64,000 nt of DNA from Dicyema japonicum (taxonomy: Eukaryota > Animalia > Dicyemida), in the NCBI GenBank assembly GCA_011109175.1, contig RDEW01000089.1, positions 62,753 through 126,752 of the forward strand, written 5' to 3'. The notes beneath the pieces are model-generated. The model was not told the DNA's origin, made no database searches, and saw only the letters and a program-made list of their open reading frames with translations. The first letter of the stretch is position 1; each line of letters starts with the position of its first letter. The position numbers were made by a program, and so were the translations under genes. This document shows, one piece after another, positions 60,044-64,000 of this stretch.

Positions 60044-63000
60044 ATACTTTGTTACGCCATTTCAAAACCCCACACGGGGAAAGAGCAACATCGAAAAATT
60101 ACAAGAAAACAGAGTAGCAAAATTTCAAGATATTCACTGACCGTAACGTAATTGAGTTTTCATATTTAATTCTCTCGACATGAGAGTGAACCATCTAAAT
60201 AGTTTTATTCCAGACCAAAAAAGCTATTATCTTTCGAGTAGTGCATAAATGCTGTAATAATACGGAGGACGTGAGATCAAAATCGAATCTACTCTAAATT
60301 GTTTCCGTCAAGGATCGCTTTACAATTTATTCTTAATCGAAGTATCTTGCCCAAGAGGACTTGATTCAACGCTTTTAAAATATGTTGACAATTTAATTAT
60401 TACAATCCGAGACAGTTATGTGGATCTGCAAAATCAAAAAATCATTCACACCAAATCGCTATATGGTATGCTTAATTCGATTCATATTATGATTCTTACC
60501 ACTACTATCCATAATTGCTCATATAAATGTTAGTTAAGCCATGTCTCTTAATTTTAAATAATTTTTTAGATAAAATATTAACACGTTGTCATTGTCAATT
60601 GTTGTTTTAATGAAACGTAACTGTACACGATTAAAAAACAAACAAAAAATTGCAAGTTTAAAGTTTACTGAATTACCGATAAAATATCAGAAATTTATTT
60701 CCAAAAAATATAATGCACATATTTCTCGTAGATCTATTGATGATCTGAGAAGTAGAAGAGGATTTGAATATATGTTGAATAACTTACGATCTGGCATTTC
60801 TCGCAAAGAATATTTGAAGTTCAGTTTCAGTCATGTTATGTACAAATGTGGACGGTACAGATAAACGAACACCTTTACTAATTGGGAGGTTTAAAATCCT
60901 AAATGTTTTAAAAATTTTATATTAAAAAAATGTCACATTTTCTAATTCAAAAAATCATGGATGGATAGCCGAGTTTTGAATTAATTTCTTTTGAAATAAG
61001 AAATAGAATTGGGGGAGCATAATAGAAAAATTTGTTTGTTGTAGATCAATGTTCTCACATAATGTGAATTGCATAAAATTTACTTAAGGTTTTGGTTGAA
61101 TTGAGCTAAATTGAAATAATATTTCTACCAACGATTACAACGTCGTTTTGCAACCACTGGATCAGGGTATAATCAAATCGTAAAAAATGCAATTTGAATT
61201 CTCTTAAATTTATAAATATTATTCAAAAATTGAGGCGGTGATGAATCCCTATTGTAGGTACAAAAAATTAAACTTAAAGGATGCAATATTATTCACATAT
61301 TATGCTTGGAACAAGATAGTTCTTTAATATTCGAATTCTTCACACGCAAAATGGATTCAAAACAATGAAACTATAAATAATGAAAACCGTGTTATTAAAA
61401 ATTACGGATATATTATAGACAAAATGATTATAGCTGCTTTTTCCAAATCAGTCATAATTGTCCTCGGTGATAACGATGGCTCCAATGATTTTAATTCCGA
61501 AAAAACTTTTTTATAGCTTTCTTCCGTTCTTTTACACATTAAAATGCTTTGGTAAGCCTAGCAAAAACAGTCATTGGTAATTAATCCAAGGAGGGAACGC
61601 AAAAGAGAACGTCTGCTTGTGACAACTAAATTGATCCCGCCAATAATACATGGCAGGCATACGTCAACTTCTGAAGAGAGGTGAAAAATAGGTCCTCTCT
61701 TTTCAGTTTTCATAGGTCCTACCGTCACGGATACGTGACTCCTATCGCCGAATAATCTCTAAAATCGCAATTTAACTATAATATAAAAAATCAAAATTTC
61801 GACCTCTTCTATCTAGAAACCGCCCACGTGGTTCCTTGATTTAACTGGGATGAATTTACCAGCGATGAATTTACCGGTTACCCTTTAGAAGAGAGACTTT
61901 ATATCGAAATTGACTACAATGAAAATAGAACTTGATTTGAATGATTCGGAGAAAATAGAACAAGAAATTGATAGTGATGAGCCACTTGAACAAAGTCAGA
62001 AAAGTGAAAACATAAACGAGGATTTGATAGGCCTTAATAAATTAAACGAATTTTATAATTAAAAAGAATTCCTTAATGTCGAAAATCTTGAATCTATTGA
62101 AAGCTTGGATCTTCAATGATCTAAAAATAAACAAATCAATACTTACTAATTTTTTGCCTATAAGTAAATTTTTTTGATTTACATTATTAATAGGTGAAAA
62201 AATTAACAAGTCTCTCAAATCCGCCAGATTTTGCCGATTCTTGAAATTGGCGGATTCGAGAGACTTTACTGTATTTTTATTTTACTATTTTTGACTTTAT
62301 AAGTGATCAGAGGACGTAAGTTGGTCTATAATTTTTAAATGGTTCTTCCAATGTTGTTACTTCCTTTGACGTCTTAAGCAAGTACGAAAAATTCTTTTTT
62401 TTATTGAGTCTTCCTATTTGGGAACTCCCACATTTCCATTGCTTGTTATGAAGAAATTTAAGAATCATCAAACACGATATTTTACTCATTGACACCTCAC
62501 AGATTGCACTGATTTCGATCGCACTTAAAACTGGGTGAATTTTATTCAATGAAGTACCTTAAGTCATACAAACCTAATAAATCATTGGTAAGATCACACT
62601 TACCAATAAAATTGAAATTTAACTAAATTCTTTTGGAATTAGTACTTGTGTCTACTTAACCCAGCTTCTCAAGGAATTAGTTCCTGTGGCTACTTCCAGT
62701 GACGTTATTAGATCCACTTACTCATGGACGTCCAATCCCTTATCGGCATTCAAAAAGATCCACCTTTGTATTCCACAGGAGACTGTTTAGCTCCTCGCTA
62801 GGAGGACTGGGTTTGAACTACCTAGATGAGTCTCTAATGAACCGCGTCATGATCACACTATTAGTTAGTTTGATTTTACCCTTTGTCTGGAAAAATTTCA
62901 TTTATTAATGGTATTCGAACATTTAGCAATTCAAATTCTTGTAAGTCAAGTATGGCCTTAAGTATGTTAATTAATTAATAATTTGACATACTCTATTGTA

Positions 63001-64000
63001 ATAAATAATTATCCGATCAATATTCGAATATTATCGACTGATATTTTATTGACGCAGATAGAGGCTGGAAATGGCAGTAATCAGAGGGAAGGCTCACATT
63101 ATCTGTGCTCTTAGTTAAATCACTTTAGTTTATAATTTCTTTTCGTTATTCACGTAAATTTCCAGTAATTAGGTCCGTGTATTCTAGAATTTTATTTTAA
63201 TTGAAAAAACAACAAATGGCTTTGTTTTTATGTGTTCTCAATTATAAAATAATTAACAAAGCATGTGTTGTAATATTCGTGTATATTAGAGGCTATGGAA
63301 ACCATGATTGATGTTGATTCACGAATATTCGCAGTTATATTTGTCGCGACAATCGCATCAAAACGTAGTGATAGTTTGCAACTTAGACTGCTTTGAGGGG
63401 AGTTGTTATACTTTAGTAAGGGAAGCCCGAAATTATGCTGATGCCAAAAAATATTGCGAAAATATGGGAGGAAATTTGGCCAATGTCGACAACGAGGAAA
63501 CTACAAGGTTTATTTATAGTAGACGGAATTCAAAAAAATTTCTTAGATAGATTTTTCACTCCATACAGAACGTATTTTACATTGCAGTTAACGACATCGA
63601 AAAAGAAGGGACATTTGTGGATTCTTATGGAAATGAGCAAGTAGAAATATTATATAATAAGAAATACTTAAAATGGAGAAGAGGTGAACCAAACAACGTT
63701 AATAACGAAGATTGTGTCTACGTTAGTTGGGGTGGATCTTGGTATGATCAAAAATGTTTTATAAAACATTCTTTTCTTTGTGAAACTGATGGTTATTAAT
63801 TGTATAATCGATAGATGAGTCATTTACCGGTTGCTTTAATTAATTACTGATCTTTCTTTAATTTCTGGTTTTGTTGAGTTTAAGCTTGTAAAGATAATAT
63901 AATCAATATTTTGCTTCGCATGATTTTTGACTGTTACATAGAGTAACCCATGTAAGCTACAATTCAACACGTGCCAGAGGATGATCATGTTTACGAATCG
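60044..64000 (+). repeat. Segmental duplication copy C (third version of about 33920-37940)
   Basis: After the N the sequence restarts at gttacgccatttcaaaacccc, already seen at about 33927 and 57954. Confidence 0.95.
63304..63799 (+). CDS. C-type lectin (EPN motif), copy C; one internal 1-nt frameshift as assembled
   Basis: Introns 63365-63386, 63519-63546, 63641-63661; CFEGSCY...AKKYCENMGGNLA...EGTFVDSYGNEQ|KYLKWRRGEPNN. Confidence 0.87.

Noticed and set aside
1-64000. Microsporidian or prokaryotic origin of the whole window
   Set aside because: Multi-intron C-type lectin, cathepsin L-like and ZYG11/ZER1-like genes are animal-type; no operons, rRNA or complete tRNA genes were seen.

Overview
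AT-rich eukaryotic (metazoan-type) nuclear DNA, mostly nested and decayed transposons with a few host genes. The host genes are broken by very short GT-AG introns (21-28 nt), so the ORF track misses or fragments them: an intact RPS29 (44998-45191), two C-type lectin copies (37247-37736, 63304-63799), a cathepsin L-like gene (about 21846-22999) and a ZYG11/ZER1-like gene (13740-16088). Such introns in animal-type genes suggest a dicyemid-like host (inference only). Mobile DNA includes RTE, Jockey/I-like, CRE and R4/Dong-like non-LTR elements, hAT, pogo/Tigger, MULE, a Ginger-like TIR element and a probable Maverick PolB fossil. From 25590 onward the window holds a ~24-kb-offset duplication (A 25590-~37940, B ~49645-60042) and, after a single N at 60043, a third partial copy (C). 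There is a 564-N gap at 25026-25589. The most unusual signals are the micro-introns, a twin-primed inverted RTE insertion inside the Ginger element, two TSD-flanked 5'+3' bipartite non-autonomous retroelements sharing a TTGGTTGA(A/G)G motif, and R4-like elements resembling those I recall from microsporidia. All calls come from manual reading and translation; no searches were run, and boundaries of decayed elements are approximate.
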